Under the pieces are notes generated by a model, which was not told the origin of the DNA, made no database searches, and was given only the letters and a program-made list of their open reading frames with translations. A stretch of DNA of 20,000 bases. Origin: Mayamaea pseudoterrestris. Lineage: Eukaryota. Positions 1-11,004 of this stretch are shown here, piece by piece. Numbering within the stretch: the stretch's first letter is position 1; each line of letters begins with the position of its first letter. The stretch lies in the NCBI GenBank assembly GCA_027923505.1, contig BROI01000024.1:421194-441193 (forward strand), read 5' to 3'. Made by a program: the position numbers and the translations under genes.

Positions 1-829
1 CAACAAGAACTACCGCAACAATCCTTCATTGCTACTGCAAACCGAAAATGGCTGTATTACCATCATTGACGTTGGCAAAACCTTTCGGGAAGGCGCGCTG
101 CGCTGGTTTCCGCGCTACCAGATTGGATCCATTGACTCCATTGTCTTGACGCACGAGCACATGGACGCCGCCGGAGGTTTGGATGACGTGCGGGGATTTC
201 AACAATATGCAATAATTAATGACAAAGAGTCGCAACAGCGGCGAACCAAGGTGGTCCCCATGCCGCTGCACCTTTCGCAACATTGCTACAATGACTTGCA
301 GCAGCGGTTTCCCTGGCTCTTGCCGCAACCAGCGTCAACGATAGATGCTGCTGCTGCTTCTAGCGACGAAAGCAAGCCAGTCGTTCAACGACACGTGGCA
401 ACCTTCCAAGTCGAAACCTTTGAAGCGTTCCAACCATTTTTGACGAATGACGGTCAATTGGAAATAACGCCACTACCCGTCATGCACGGCGAAGACCTAA
501 TTTCCTACGGCTTTAGCTTCACCATTGGCACGTTGAACGTTGTCTACTTGAGCGACATTTCCCGCATGCTTCCTTCAACCCTCGACTACATTTTAGACAA
601 GCCAACGGACATTTTGATTGTGGACGCGCTGCACGAGGCGGAGTCCAACGCCGTGCACTACACGCTGCACGAGGCGCTGGCATTGGTTGCAACGATACAG
701 CCAAAGCAAACGTACTTTGTGGGAATGAGCTGCGATAGCTTTCTGCCGCATGACGACATGAACAAAATGCTTGCTGGAAAATATGGCAACGTTGCGTTTG
801 CGCATGATGGCTTGGAAATATTGGCATGA
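1..829 (+). CDS. Metallo-beta-lactamase-fold hydrolase (PhnP-like), copy 1; 5' end lies outside the window
   Basis: IIDVGKTF, LTHEHMDAAGGLDD (HxHxD-type motif), PLPVMHG, YLSDIS, VHYTL and AHDGL motifs. Translation is identical to the C-terminal part of 12150..13325. Confidence 0.9.
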   Translation, partial: NKNYRNNPSLLLQTENGCITIIDVGKTFREGALRWFPRYQIGSIDSIVLTHEHMDAAGGLDDVRGFQQYAIINDKESQQRRTKVVPMPLHLSQHCYNDLQQRFPWLLPQPASTIDAAAASSDESKPVVQRHVATFQVETFEAFQPFLTNDGQLEITPLPVMHGEDLISYGFSFTIGTLNVVYLSDISRMLPSTLDYILDKPTDILIVDALHEAESNAVHYTLHEALALVATIQPKQTYFVGMSCDSFLPHDDMNKMLAGKYGNVAFAHDGLEILA

Positions 830-910
830 CACTAACGATAATAGAGGTTCTACTGTAGATTTAATCTTTGTACATTGTTTAGTAGAAGATCTCTTTTACA
901 TTCACCTCAT

Positions 911-1717
911 TCATTGCCGTTGCTTGGAGCGAAACTCGTCAAAATTCTGTTTCGCTCCCGTCTGAAAACTCGTTACGGCAAAGTTCACCACCGCCTGGTT
1001 AACAACGTTGGACGCCGCCCTGATGGTTGGTTCCGGCAGTAGGCGCAGCGGCAGCGGCAAGACTCCCTTGGTTGCAAAGGCAATGGCTCCAAACACTCCC
1101 CTGCCGTTGCTGCTTGGTTTCATTTGACCAAACACTTGAATGGAAACATTGAGCGACGCGGGCGTGACGGTCAACCCCGGCAATCCCAACACTTGCACGT
1201 TTGGGTTGTAGTCGACGCTCTGCAGCGAAAAAATGGGGTCTCCCGTAACGCGGCTCACGAGCGTCTTCATTTCCACGTCCACGGTCGGAGACAGTTGAAT
1301 CGTGAAAAACTGCAGCGTCATGACTTGGAGGCGAAAAATGTGGCGGTCAATTTGCGACAAGAGTTTGGGGTCCCAAATGCTGCGCGCCAAGCCGACCGTG
1401 TCGTTGAGCCAGTGGCGAATGGTGTGCCGATCGTCCCGTTCGACGAGTAACGTTTGAAGGTTGGCGGTTGCTCCAAACTCGATGTGACCAGTGGATTTAT
1501 CGAGCTTGAAGTATGGTCCTTTGCGACTCAATAACTCGCGGCGGCGGTTTTCCGAAACAGGAGTCTGTCTTTGGGTTGCTTGTAGTTTTGAAAAGGAAAA
1601 GCGATGATGATTACGTTGTATCGTCGTTTGTCGTTGCAAGTCAAAGGCGCTCGATGCTCCAAGCGTGAATAACACGCCGGCTGCAGCTGCAAGCAGCTTT
1701 GGTGCATTCATCCTCAT
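911..1717 (-). CDS. Probable plastid-targeted protein, DUF1997-like, copy 1
   Basis: 268-aa ORF with a hydrophobic signal peptide ending ASSA|F, then a Ser/Thr/Arg-rich transit-like stretch. Segments 'FRLQVMTLQFFTIQLSPTVDVEM' and 'LPLPLRLLPEPTIRAASNVV' resemble DUF1997 proteins (recognised by eye, not searched). Confidence 0.65.
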   Translation of the reverse strand: MRMNAPKLLAAAAGVLFTLGASSAFDLQRQTTIQRNHHRFSFSKLQATQRQTPVSENRRRELLSRKGPYFKLDKSTGHIEFGATANLQTLLVERDDRHTIRHWLNDTVGLARSIWDPKLLSQIDRHIFRLQVMTLQFFTIQLSPTVDVEMKTLVSRVTGDPIFSLQSVDYNPNVQVLGLPGLTVTPASLNVSIQVFGQMKPSSNGRGVFGAIAFATKGVLPLPLRLLPEPTIRAASNVVNQAVVNFAVTSFQTGAKQNFDEFRSKQRQ

Positions 1718-1861
1718 TTTGTATCGAGTCTTTCGTGAGCCTTGGCGTTACAGTCTACTTGGAGGATGATGAGAGACGAAGTGCATGGAAAGGGAACAGC
1801 AAGGATGTGATGGTTTGCGGATTGTTCGACGCGAACGAGAGGTGCTGAGTCATGAGAACTA

Positions 1862-2116
1862 GATGACAAGGCCAAGCTCGAGGCTGCCATTGAGGACACC
1901 ATCAAGTGGGTCGATGGTAATTTGACGGCTGAGAAAGAGGAATTCGAGGAGAAGCAGAAGAGTCTTGAGGCCATTGCCACGCCCATTTTGCAGTCGATGG
2001 CTGGTGGTGCTGGCGGCATGCCGGACATGAGTGGCATGGGTGGCATGCCTGGTGCTGGCGGCGCTCCGCCTGCGGCTGACCCGGCGAGTGGACCAACCAT
2101 TGAGGAGATTGATTAA
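1862..2116 (+). pseudogene. HSP70: 5'-truncated C-terminal fragment of cytosolic HSP70 (last 84 aa)
   Basis: Reads [84 protein letters not shown], i.e. lid helices, GGMP repeats and EEID. It starts exactly at the duplication breakpoint, has an in-frame TGA at 1853-1855, and no other HSP70 sequence occurs upstream in the window. Confidence 0.9.
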
Positions 2117-2259
2117 AAGAATAATAATGCATTCGTACTAATTTTATCAAATTATTGTTATTACTTTCTTTCTTGATGTTAGCAAGTGATATGTAATGTA
2201 TAATCTCGTCTTGTGGAACGAGGATAGTAATAATGATCATCCGGCAAGCCTTGTGCTTG

Positions 2260-2400
2260 ATACACTACACTCTCCCCTGCAGCAGAAAGCAAGCTTGAAA
2301 GTCGTTATTAAGTCTGCTGCCTCGCACTGAATACACTATAATCTCCATTGTAGCAGAAGCAAGCTCAAGAGTCGTTATCAGGTGTGCTGCCTCGCTCATA
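2260..2400. repeat. Two imperfect tandem copies of a ~71-bp unit
   Basis: ATACACTA...AGCAGAA(A)GCAAGCT...GTCGTTAT...TGCTGCCTCGC begins at 2260 and again at 2331. Confidence 0.75.
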
Positions 2401-2798
2401 CTGCAAGCTAAATCTTAGAAGTGAAATGTCCGATTCCTACAAAAAGCTATATTATGGAGCCGGCGACACTACCATCAAGACTTACCGACCACAAATATAT
2501 GGGGTGCTTGTTACTTCCGTTTATTTAGTGCTATCTAGGCCATCAGAGGCCGTCATCCAAAATCAAACTTGGAAAAGCCACTCATGGAGCAATCGATTGT
2601 CAGCTTCCCAGACATGTGTGATATCTGCAGCTGCCGAAAGCGTACATCTCCGCCAAAACCCTTTAACGGCGATTTCGGACAATAGGGTATAATGAAGACT
2701 CCGTAACGCAACATTCCATCGTTAATTCTTGGCCCAAGAATTTTGTTAAGGACAAATCGCGTACAATAACAAGTCTGTCACCAGGGATCCATTACATC

Positions 2799-5700
2799 TC
2801 ACCTCCAACTCTCGTCTGTCTTGCTTCCTGATGCGTCTGACAGTTTCGAGTCGGATCGCTCCCGCTGTAAAACATGAATGCTCAGGTCGCTAAACATTGG
2901 CGAAACGTCGTCAACCACCTTAAACAGTCGAGGCAGGTTGATGGGCTTGCTTTCCATGACATCCAGACCCGCATCCTTAAACTTCATCAGTTCGCTTCTT
3001 TCAAAGTCATCGACGTACGTAGCCGTCAACGCGCAGATAGGTTGACGCGCCCCGGGACGCATTTTATCCTCCCACTCTCTCAATTGCTTCGTCGCCTCGA
3101 AGCCATTCATGACCGGCATGTCGATATCCATAAATGCAATATCATAAATAGATTGCTTCAGTTTATCCACGCCCTCGGCACCGTTCGAAGCGGTGTCAAC
3201 GAAAAAGTCTGCGTTTTCGAAAGCGCGCTTGACCATTTTTCTCGTAACTCCACTATCATCAATGACTAAAATCTTCCGTTTGAGGCCTGTATGTCTCCAG
3301 CCGTCAAGTCCGCTGTTCATACAGTGATAGCGGAGCTGGCGTAGAATCATTAAGGAAGCTTCAGCGTATTGGGTGAGGATTACTTGGTGTTGCATCGGAT
3401 CCTCTTCTTGCTCAATCATATCCATGGCCGTGCCCTTTAACTCTTCTAACTGTTGCTCGAACTGAGGGAACATGGTAATACGCGCTTTTACTTTGTTCTT
3501 CCGCTCCTTTTCCTTGTCCAAATTCGATTCGACGGACTCTCCCTGGCCCAGCTGGTTCGTAGATCGGACCATGCCGCCACCATGATCGCTGTCGTCGTTC
3601 GAAGTAGAGCCCAAACCATGATCCGGTTCAGATTGGGACGATTGCTCCTGTTCATGCCCATCTTCATTTATGTGATCTGTATTATCGACATCTTCAATTA
3701 TAAATTTTGCAGGTGGATCAGCAAGTAGGCCTTGAAAGGACGCCCAAGTGTTCCAGTCGGCGTTCGCCTGTAATTTATCGAGGTCAAGCCCAACGGAGCC
3801 CTTGAGGCTTGGCAGTAGGTTCGGTAGCTCGTCACGAATCTCCCCCGCCACCTCACTATCAAGAGCAGCCAACAAATCTCCGCGAAGCTTCAGATTTATG
3901 TAACCATCGCTTCCTCGATCACCCTCGCCGCCATCGGGATCATAAAAATACTTCTGGAGCGCAGTCAACTCATCTTCATCGAACGGAATTCTACTCAGCC
4001 AGCCGAGAAGTCGGAAATAGGCATTTTGCGATGGGGAACCATGTATGTCGTTGATCATCGCCACAAAGTCTGGCGTAAGAAACCTTCTATCCTGGCTATT
4101 TGCACCTAGAGCGGCGGAAAGGTCGAGATCAAAGCCGTCATTCCGAGCGCCCTGGTTTTTCGCAAGTCGGTTGTTTTCCATCCATTGCAGTATCGTTTTC
4201 ATTTGTTCGTCCTTTCGAATACGAAAGCATACTTCATTTGGTTCATCTTGAAGCGAGGGGTCAAGTGCACCAATCGCAACCATCGGCGGTCCAGCAGCAA
4301 AGCCACGAACTCGTTTCATTGGAACCCATCTGTTTGAAATTATACCCGTGGCGATATGGCACTGCGCCGCTTGTCCGAGACAGCAATTGTCAAGATCGAG
4401 CTCCTCAAGGCGAGGATGTTGCGCAAGCGTGTAAGCAAGGGCAATCGCGCCAGATATTCGAAGAATGTTGCCGGAAAGACCGAGATAAGTGATCGACTCA
4501 CACCCGATAAGACTCCTCATCAGACTCGTTATTCCACGGCTTCCAATCTGGTTGAAGCTAAGGTTAAGTCGCGAAAGCGCCGTCATACTTTGAAGGGAGG
4601 CGGCGACGAGTTGACATCCTTGGTCACCAATTGCATTCTTATCCAAGGAGAGGCTTCTAAGCTCGTGCTGTAGCAGCTTGTTCATTATTGTTTCAACGCC
4701 ACCAGCACCGATTGAATTTGACGAAAGCTTCAAATCCACTAGAGGACTTTTAGTGCGCTTCGAAATAATCTTCGTTAACTGGGTAGTACCATCGTCACCG
4801 AGATTGTTATTTGACATGTCTAATCGATCGAGAAATTCCATGGGAACGAACTTTTGTCTGCTTTCAAGGAACCGCACCAAGACGCCAGCTCCGCTCGTAC
4901 CGAATTTATTTGAGGATAAGTTAAGCTCCTGAATTTTACTCTTCGGTCCAAGACCGTCAAACAACCGACTGATAGCATCAGCCGTCATCGAACAATTCGC
5001 AAGATGTAGCACCTTCAGCTCATTCTGGTCTCGCTTGTCTGAAATGCCATTATCACCAGGCTTTTTAATCTTGGTTTTTCGTTTTGACGTCGACAAAAAA
5101 TCTTCATCGTCGTCATCATCGTCTGAGGAAGTCTCATCAGAGTCGTATCCAGTCTTTCTTGTAGTTGAATCCCTTGAGCGTTTCCTCCTTTGCTTCCGAA
5201 CTTCTTCAGAAGGTGACAAAGATGTACCTAGCTCCGCAGCGGACCGGACAGATACATAGTTGCCTGACAAGATAAGGCCGCGCAAGGGAGGCAAGCCTCG
5301 CCGTTTTCGCTTGGCAAGAGTTCGCGCAAGCGCTAACAATCCCTTCTCCTCAATTTTACAAAAGCTGATGTCCAACGTTTTCAAGCAAGAATGTTCGCTG
5401 TGGATAATTTCGGATAGCATCTCCATACCAGCGTTACCAATATATGTATACGAGAGATTAATGACAGATATTGGAGGCGGTGCAGATTGTGGTTGGGCCG
5501 GAATGTTAAATGATGGTCGCCGGTTGGGAGTGAGCTGGCCAGAGCGTCCCGTCGGCGTCGAGTTTGACCCAGGCGGACTCAGACTTTGTCGCTCGCTATC
5601 GAGCAGCAAATGCGCAAACGCGTCCTTCAGACTTATGCCGTTTTGTAAAGTAGCAATCATCAAAGGTGCCACTTTGTCCACAGCGAGTTTACCCGACAGC

Positions 5701-7361
5701 ACAAGCGTAATCATTTTTATTTCCTCGGGGTAAAGGCGCGTCAGTCCCATGTCAAGTCGAACACCTTCTCGCACAGACTGTATCATGGACCATGGGTCAA
5801 ACGTTTTCTTTTGAGCGCCAGTAACACTTTCCTTCAACGCCTGCTCCATTTGCGACTCAGCCGTGCCACTGCCCCCAAGAGGATTTCCGCCTGACGCAGC
5901 GATTCGAACCAAATTGATATCTTCTTGACTCATTCCGGAGGCTGACATGGATTCTAGAATCGACTGATACACTGCCAAGTCCTCCATCGATGTCATGCTT
6001 TCAAAATTCGGTGGCGGTGTGGGTTCTTCTTGGACATTCTGCTGTTCGGCTTCATTGGTCGTCGGTTTAGCACCCATCAGAAACGAAGCCTCGACTGCCT
6101 GCACTAATATAGCAGTTATCCTCGTTATTCGATTTATCCGCCTCGCTAGCTCTTCATCATGCACGTACGACTCCAGTAGTATTATCGCTGGTATTGGTTC
6201 GTGAACGTATTCCACCGCTCTCGACAATAGCCATATCCATTGGCCGCCGAGCTCCGGCACAGTCCGTCGCCGCAAGTAGACTGGGACACCGGATTGACCC
6301 TTGTCCCAAAAATGCGACTTTATAAATAAGAAACCAGGCAAGTCCTGTTCGTCTACATTGTCATACGCCGTAGTCATTAACAACGCTTCCGGAGGAAAGC
6401 CAGTGACAGTTCGTGTCGCCTCAAGAATAGTGCCTAGAAAACGGAGGTAAACGGTCAGAAACGAACAATATACGACAAGCCTAATGTGATTATTGCTTAC
6501 CATTTTGAGCAATTGTCAAGTAGTGCCCCTCGGGAAGCGACGCCAAAGGATTCTCGTTGGAAAAGCTCATCTCGTCAAAGGGTTGTTGGTGTTGGTGTTG
6601 AAGAAATTGCTGGAAATACTCGTGCGGAATTTGTTGCTGCATTCCACCATCTTGATGCATGACTCCATCTGTTGATTGCTGATATATGTTTTGAAACGGA
6701 GGCTGTGCTTGTCGATGGAATGGTGATACGCCACTCTTCTCTTCGGGTTGCGCAATTTGAAAATTAATTTGCCCCTGATGTAGCCCCATCACCTCATGAA
6801 GAAGATGCTGATCACCATTGGAAATTTCACCATTGCTACTCGACTGTTCCAGCTCGTTGATGAATTGCAACTGCTGATCATCCAGCTGCACCTGGTTTTG
6901 TTTTGTATTCGATGACCAGGGGCCCATTGGAATACCCTCGCGCTGAGCAGCTTCCAGCATGGCCGCGCGAGCGGCTTTCTCTGCCGCTTGCATCATCATT
7001 TTCCGAGACCCTCTCACTCTCTATCAATGTTTTGGAAGATCAAGAAAGTGACCAAAGAATAGATTTAGACTGCGCTCGGATATAAAGGTGCGTTCACCTT
7101 GACTACACTGCGCGAGTGGATTGCCGTCATCGTTGATCTGCAGCTGTCGCTCACCACGAGGAGTTGGATCCCGTATTTCCGAAAATGACCCGAAAGGTAA
7201 TCTGGTGGTCGTAAGAAACCCACTGTGAATGACGCCACAGCGGAACACTGATTTCCCATTGACGTGAACCGACCCGCAGCTCCGTACTTGTGATACGTTG
7301 AATGGCCTTCTGCAGTTCCAGCGAATTCTGGTCTTCCCAAAGAAATTCGCATTCGAGTCAT
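2799..7361 (-). CDS. Large RI-like leucine-rich-repeat protein with a C-terminal response-regulator receiver domain; predicted exons 7361-7098, 7020-6501, 6433-2799 (~1472 aa)
   Basis: Many LxxLxLxxNxI(G) repeats. The REC domain has ILVIDD...FMDIDMPVMNGFE...ALTA...SKP. Two frame-preserving introns join three ORFs: 7097-7021 (GTGAAC...TAG) and 6500-6434 (GTAAGC...CTGAC...CTAG). The exon 1 assignment is less certain. Confidence 0.8.
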
Positions 7362-7536
7362 TTTCGATCTGTATCGATTTAAAAGTACTATTACGTACAC
7401 TCCGCTTTACTTGTTTTAATTCGGTGCGACATGTCCACGACGCCGCGCGGCCATCACGACGTTTCGTCCACATTCCACATCTCCATCGATCGTTGATCCT
7501 TACATTAGCGACGGAAGTAAACCTTACTCACGAAAA

Positions 7537-7842
7537 ATGACAGAGGAAAACAAGGTATTTGTCAAGCTCGTTTCAGCGGAAGGCCAAGATTTCTTCGTCG
7601 ACCAAGAAGTGGCTACCACGGCGTCCAATACGATTCGATGCATGCTGGAAGGCTCGTTTCGCGAAGCGCAAGACAAGGTCATTCGCTTTCCCGACATTTC
7701 CAGCTACGTGCTTGAAAGAGTGATCAAGTACATGCATTACAAGGCTCAATATAGCAATTCAAATTCCCGTCTGCCGCAGTTTGTCATTGAGCCGGAGTGT
7801 GCGCTGGAGCTGCTGATTGCCGCAAAGTATTTGGATTGCTAA
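7537..7842 (+). CDS. ELOC: Elongin C
   Basis: 101 aa: FVKLVSAEGQDFFVD...SNTIRCMLEGSFREAQ...FPDISSYVLERVIKYMHYK...PQFVIEPECALELLIAAKYLDC*, the characteristic Elongin C sequence. Confidence 0.93.
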   Translation: MTEENKVFVKLVSAEGQDFFVDQEVATTASNTIRCMLEGSFREAQDKVIRFPDISSYVLERVIKYMHYKAQYSNSNSRLPQFVIEPECALELLIAAKYLDC

Positions 7843-7969
7843 GAGTTACGAAGACGAGGAAATTAAGCCGATTATCTGACAACGATATACATTTGTTTTA
7901 ATAACCTTTAACTATAGGCAATTGGCGAACTTTGGTGAATGATGCAACTTGTGACATGTTTCGTAGCAT

Positions 7970-9123
7970 TTACTCGTTGCCTTTACCTTTGCTTTTGCCG
8001 GCGAGATGTAGTCGAACCAGGTCAGCCGCAGAGGCATGATCGGATATTTTATAGTTCTCCAATAGCCATGGAGACTTCATCAGTATGGATGCGGGTATTC
8101 GCTTAGCTATGCACGCGAATTGAGGCGAAAAGGCAGTGAGTGAAGCGAATGAAATAGCATGGCAAATCGTTTCCACTATCCGTAAAACATACCAGGATGT
8201 TGCTGTAAGCAAGCACTTAACATTTCTGCGAGCCCAGACTCTGCATTCGCAGGAATAATTGACTTTGTACTCGTCTCTTCCACAGTGACCAACAACTCCA
8301 CCAAGGAACGACAGTCTTCCCATGGCGCTTCCAGAGTCAAGCACTGCACCAAGCAAAGCCCGAAACTCCACAAATCGCTCGACCGACCGTAGGCACGTCC
8401 TCGCAATCGTTCCGGCGCCATGAACTTGCTCGTTCCGAGCAGAGTCGTGTTGAGGCAGGAGGACGAAACATCCGACGCCAGTCCAAAGTCGGCCAGTTTC
8501 ACAACTCCTTTCGACGCATCAAGGAGAATGTTCGCCGGTTTCAAGTCGCGGTGTAAAATCTTGTGCGCATGTAGAGCACTCAAGCCATCCAATGTTTGAA
8601 ACGCTACTCCGGCAATCATGTCATGCGGCACACTGCTCGTTCTTCCAGAAATGTAGTCCTCCAACGAACCACCGTCCATGTACTCCACAATCATGGCAAC
8701 CTGCTCATGCTGCAGAAAGGCACCATGGAGTTGGATCAACGATGGCGACGTTTGCTGGAGTGACTGCTGCAGAGACACCAAGGCCTTGAGCTCCTTGACC
8801 AGCATGTCACTGTGACTCGCCATGTCGATCGAAAACGTTTTGACAGCCACAATGACGTCAATGTTCGATGAATCACTCGCAGTTTGCTTCCACGTCGCTC
8901 GATGCACCTTGGAAAAGGCTCCCTTGCCGAGTAGCTCGTGCAGCTCCACACAGTCGGGCAGTAGCTGGTTTCGCGAAATGGTGGCGCCATCGAAGCGAAG
9001 GTAGTCGGGACCAATGGAGATGTTATTTTGACGAAAGGTTGTCACGAGCTCATCCAGCTCATGGTCGGGTTGTTCAAACAGCTCCGCGTCAAGTGTTAAC
9101 CGAGGTCGTTGCTGCTTCTGCAT
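7970..9123 (-). CDS. MAP kinase kinase (STE7-like); exons 9123-8193 and 8106-7970 (~355 aa)
   Basis: LGKGAFSKV, VAVK, VEYMDGGSL, HRDLKPANIL, DFG, FMAPERL and SDLWSFGL motifs, plus an N-terminal KQQRPRLTL docking-like motif. Removing the GTATGT...ATAG intron (8192-8107) restores subdomain XI (HPAKRIPASILMKSPW). Confidence 0.85.
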
Positions 9124-9488
9124 GTTATGCTTGGTTGCTTGTCGTGCTGGCGAATGAGCGAATGAGCGATTTTTGATGCGTGATGAACGATGAGCAAGCA
9201 GCTTCCACGGCGAATGAGCGGAGCACTATTAGCGACTTTTGATAGTTTAATTGTCCCTTAACCAAGCTTTAGTGCAAATTGATCGGGTCGTTTCGTAACC
9301 TTGTGGCATTTGTGGCCGTTTTATCATTGGATGCGGCGGAGAAAGAAGTGATGCAACCCGTTGAGTACCGGTCCGACTCCTCTGCGTGACGCTTTCGCGG
9401 AACGAACAAAATGGCACTCGACGACCCGCGCTCATAATCACCATGGCCATATCTCGCTCCAACCAAACCTGAATAGCTCTCTGTTATC

Positions 9489-10769
9489 ATGCCGTGGTCC
9501 TTGTTCGCCAAGGATGAAGATGAAAAACCGGACGAAGGAAATGAGAAGCGGTATTTCCAAGACATGCAGGATGCACTCTTGATGCGACGGCCTGCCGCTT
9601 CGTCTTCCACTGATGTACTCGACAAGCAAGAAAAGGCGGTACTGCACAAACTGAATCAAGCAGCAGAATTGAAACGAGTCGGAAAAAGCAAGGAAGCACT
9701 AGCGCTTTATGAGACTGCATTGGACGAAGGTCTACAGCTTTGTCGGCGGCTCGACCATCAAACCAGTTTGAAGAATCGTCTCCGCATCGCCATGACGGAC
9801 GCGGAAAACATCAAGGCATCCATCACCAAGCAACCCAAACCAGCAATGAATGGAAAACTATCCGAGCTGCAGCAATCAATCATTGACGACTTTTACGTTG
9901 ATTCATCATCGCTGCAGTCAACCTCCTGGAGCGACATTGCCGGCCTCGAAGCAGTCAAACAGTCGCTTCAGGAAAATGTCATACTGCCACTGCTCCGCCC
10001 CGACCTGTTTCAAATGGGCCTTCGCAAGCCCCAAAATATACTACTGTATGGTCCGCCCGGCACGGGCAAGACCATGCTGGTGCGAGCGTGTGCGCTCGAG
10101 TCGCCATCGTGCCACTTGTTTGTGTGCGCCGCCTCGAGCTTGGTGTCCAAGTGGATGGGCGAGTCGGAAAAGATTGTCAAGTGCCTGTTTGAAACGGCGC
10201 GCAGCATGGAGCCGGCGTCAATATTGTTTATTGATGAATTGGATAGTGTGTTGGGCCGTCGCAAGTCGGAGGAGCATGAAGCGAGTCGGCGGTTAAAGAC
10301 GGAGTTTATGGTGCAGTTGGATGGCATCCAGCAAAAGCAACAGCAACAATCGCATGTCATTGTCATTGGGTGTACGAATTGTCCATTTGACGTGGATGAA
10401 GCTGTCATTCGGCGCTTTCCAAAAATGATTTACGTGCCTCTTCCAGACGCCAAGACGAGGCGAGCATTGATCAAGAAACTGCTCGGCAAGGCGGGAAAGC
10501 ATACGTTAACGAAAGCTGACATTGACTGGCTAGTGGAACAAACAAAAGGCTACTCTTGTTCCGATATTACAGCCTTGGCATCGGAAGCATCCTACGGTCC
10601 ACTGCGGTCACTGGGAGGTGTTGACGCGATTCGTAAGGTCAAGGCACAGGACATTCGTCCCATTGCAATTGAGGATTTTGAAAGCGCACTGAAGCAATCG
10701 ACGAGAAGCGTTTCTAACAAGCTGTTGAAGCAGTATAGTGACTGGAAGCGAGAGCATGCGTCAATGTGA
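9489..10769 (+). CDS. Meiotic-clade AAA+ ATPase (spastin/fidgetin/katanin/VPS4 family)
   Basis: WSDIAGLE, Walker A GPPGTGKT, pore loop SKWMGESEK, Walker B ILFIDE, SRRLKTEFMVQLDG, SRH TNCPFDVDEAVIRRF, GYSCSDI, and an MIT-like helical N-terminus. Confidence 0.92.
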   Translation: MPWSLFAKDEDEKPDEGNEKRYFQDMQDALLMRRPAASSSTDVLDKQEKAVLHKLNQAAELKRVGKSKEALALYETALDEGLQLCRRLDHQTSLKNRLRIAMTDAENIKASITKQPKPAMNGKLSELQQSIIDDFYVDSSSLQSTSWSDIAGLEAVKQSLQENVILPLLRPDLFQMGLRKPQNILLYGPPGTGKTMLVRACALESPSCHLFVCAASSLVSKWMGESEKIVKCLFETARSMEPASILFIDELDSVLGRRKSEEHEASRRLKTEFMVQLDGIQQKQQQQSHVIVIGCTNCPFDVDEAVIRRFPKMIYVPLPDAKTRRALIKKLLGKAGKHTLTKADIDWLVEQTKGYSCSDITALASEASYGPLRSLGGVDAIRKVKAQDIRPIAIEDFESALKQSTRSVSNKLLKQYSDWKREHASM

Positions 10770-11004
10770 TGGTTAAGTGCAAACTGCTATGTAATCAGGT
10801 TTTCGGCTAATCGTACGATGCCAGTCATTCTAAACACTTCCTACCATTTATACCGAATAGATGAAATGCGTTCAAACGATATAAGCTTAGCCAATGCACA
10901 CATAATTTAGCAATTAACTGTAGGTCCAGCGGAAACATAAATTTTACCGCACACACACAACACTTGCACCGACAAACAAACATTCAGTTGCTAATAGCTG
11001 CTCA

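Larger units (their letters stand above)
1..1861 (+). repeat. Direct repeat, copy 1 (matches 12497..14357)
   Basis: Constant offset of 12,496, and the shared ORF translations are identical. The only differences I saw are at 1822, 1838 and 1849. Identity stops after ...CATGAGAACTA. Confidence 0.97.

Noticed and set aside
1859..1862. CTAG at the junction as a Helitron 3' end with captured genes
   Set aside because: It is followed by A rather than T, there is no clear subterminal GC-rich hairpin, and the other copy reads CTAT. Tandem duplication is the simpler explanation.
1922..2116. The 64-aa ORF as an independent small gene
   Set aside because: It starts at TTG, and HSP70 homology extends upstream to 1862. 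It is a truncated fragment.
2384..2692. 102-aa intergenic ORF
   Set aside because: Non-ATG start, no recognisable domain, and it overlaps the small tandem repeat.
2874..6204. Plus-strand ORFs opposite the LRR-REC gene, and similar antisense ORFs over other genes
   Set aside because: They are shadow ORFs of real coding sequence with no recognisable motifs.
6490..7473. ORFs 6490..7017, 7065..7400 and 7024..7473 as separate genes
   Set aside because: The first two splice in frame into the LRR-REC gene through GT-AG introns. The third is an overlapping alternative frame.
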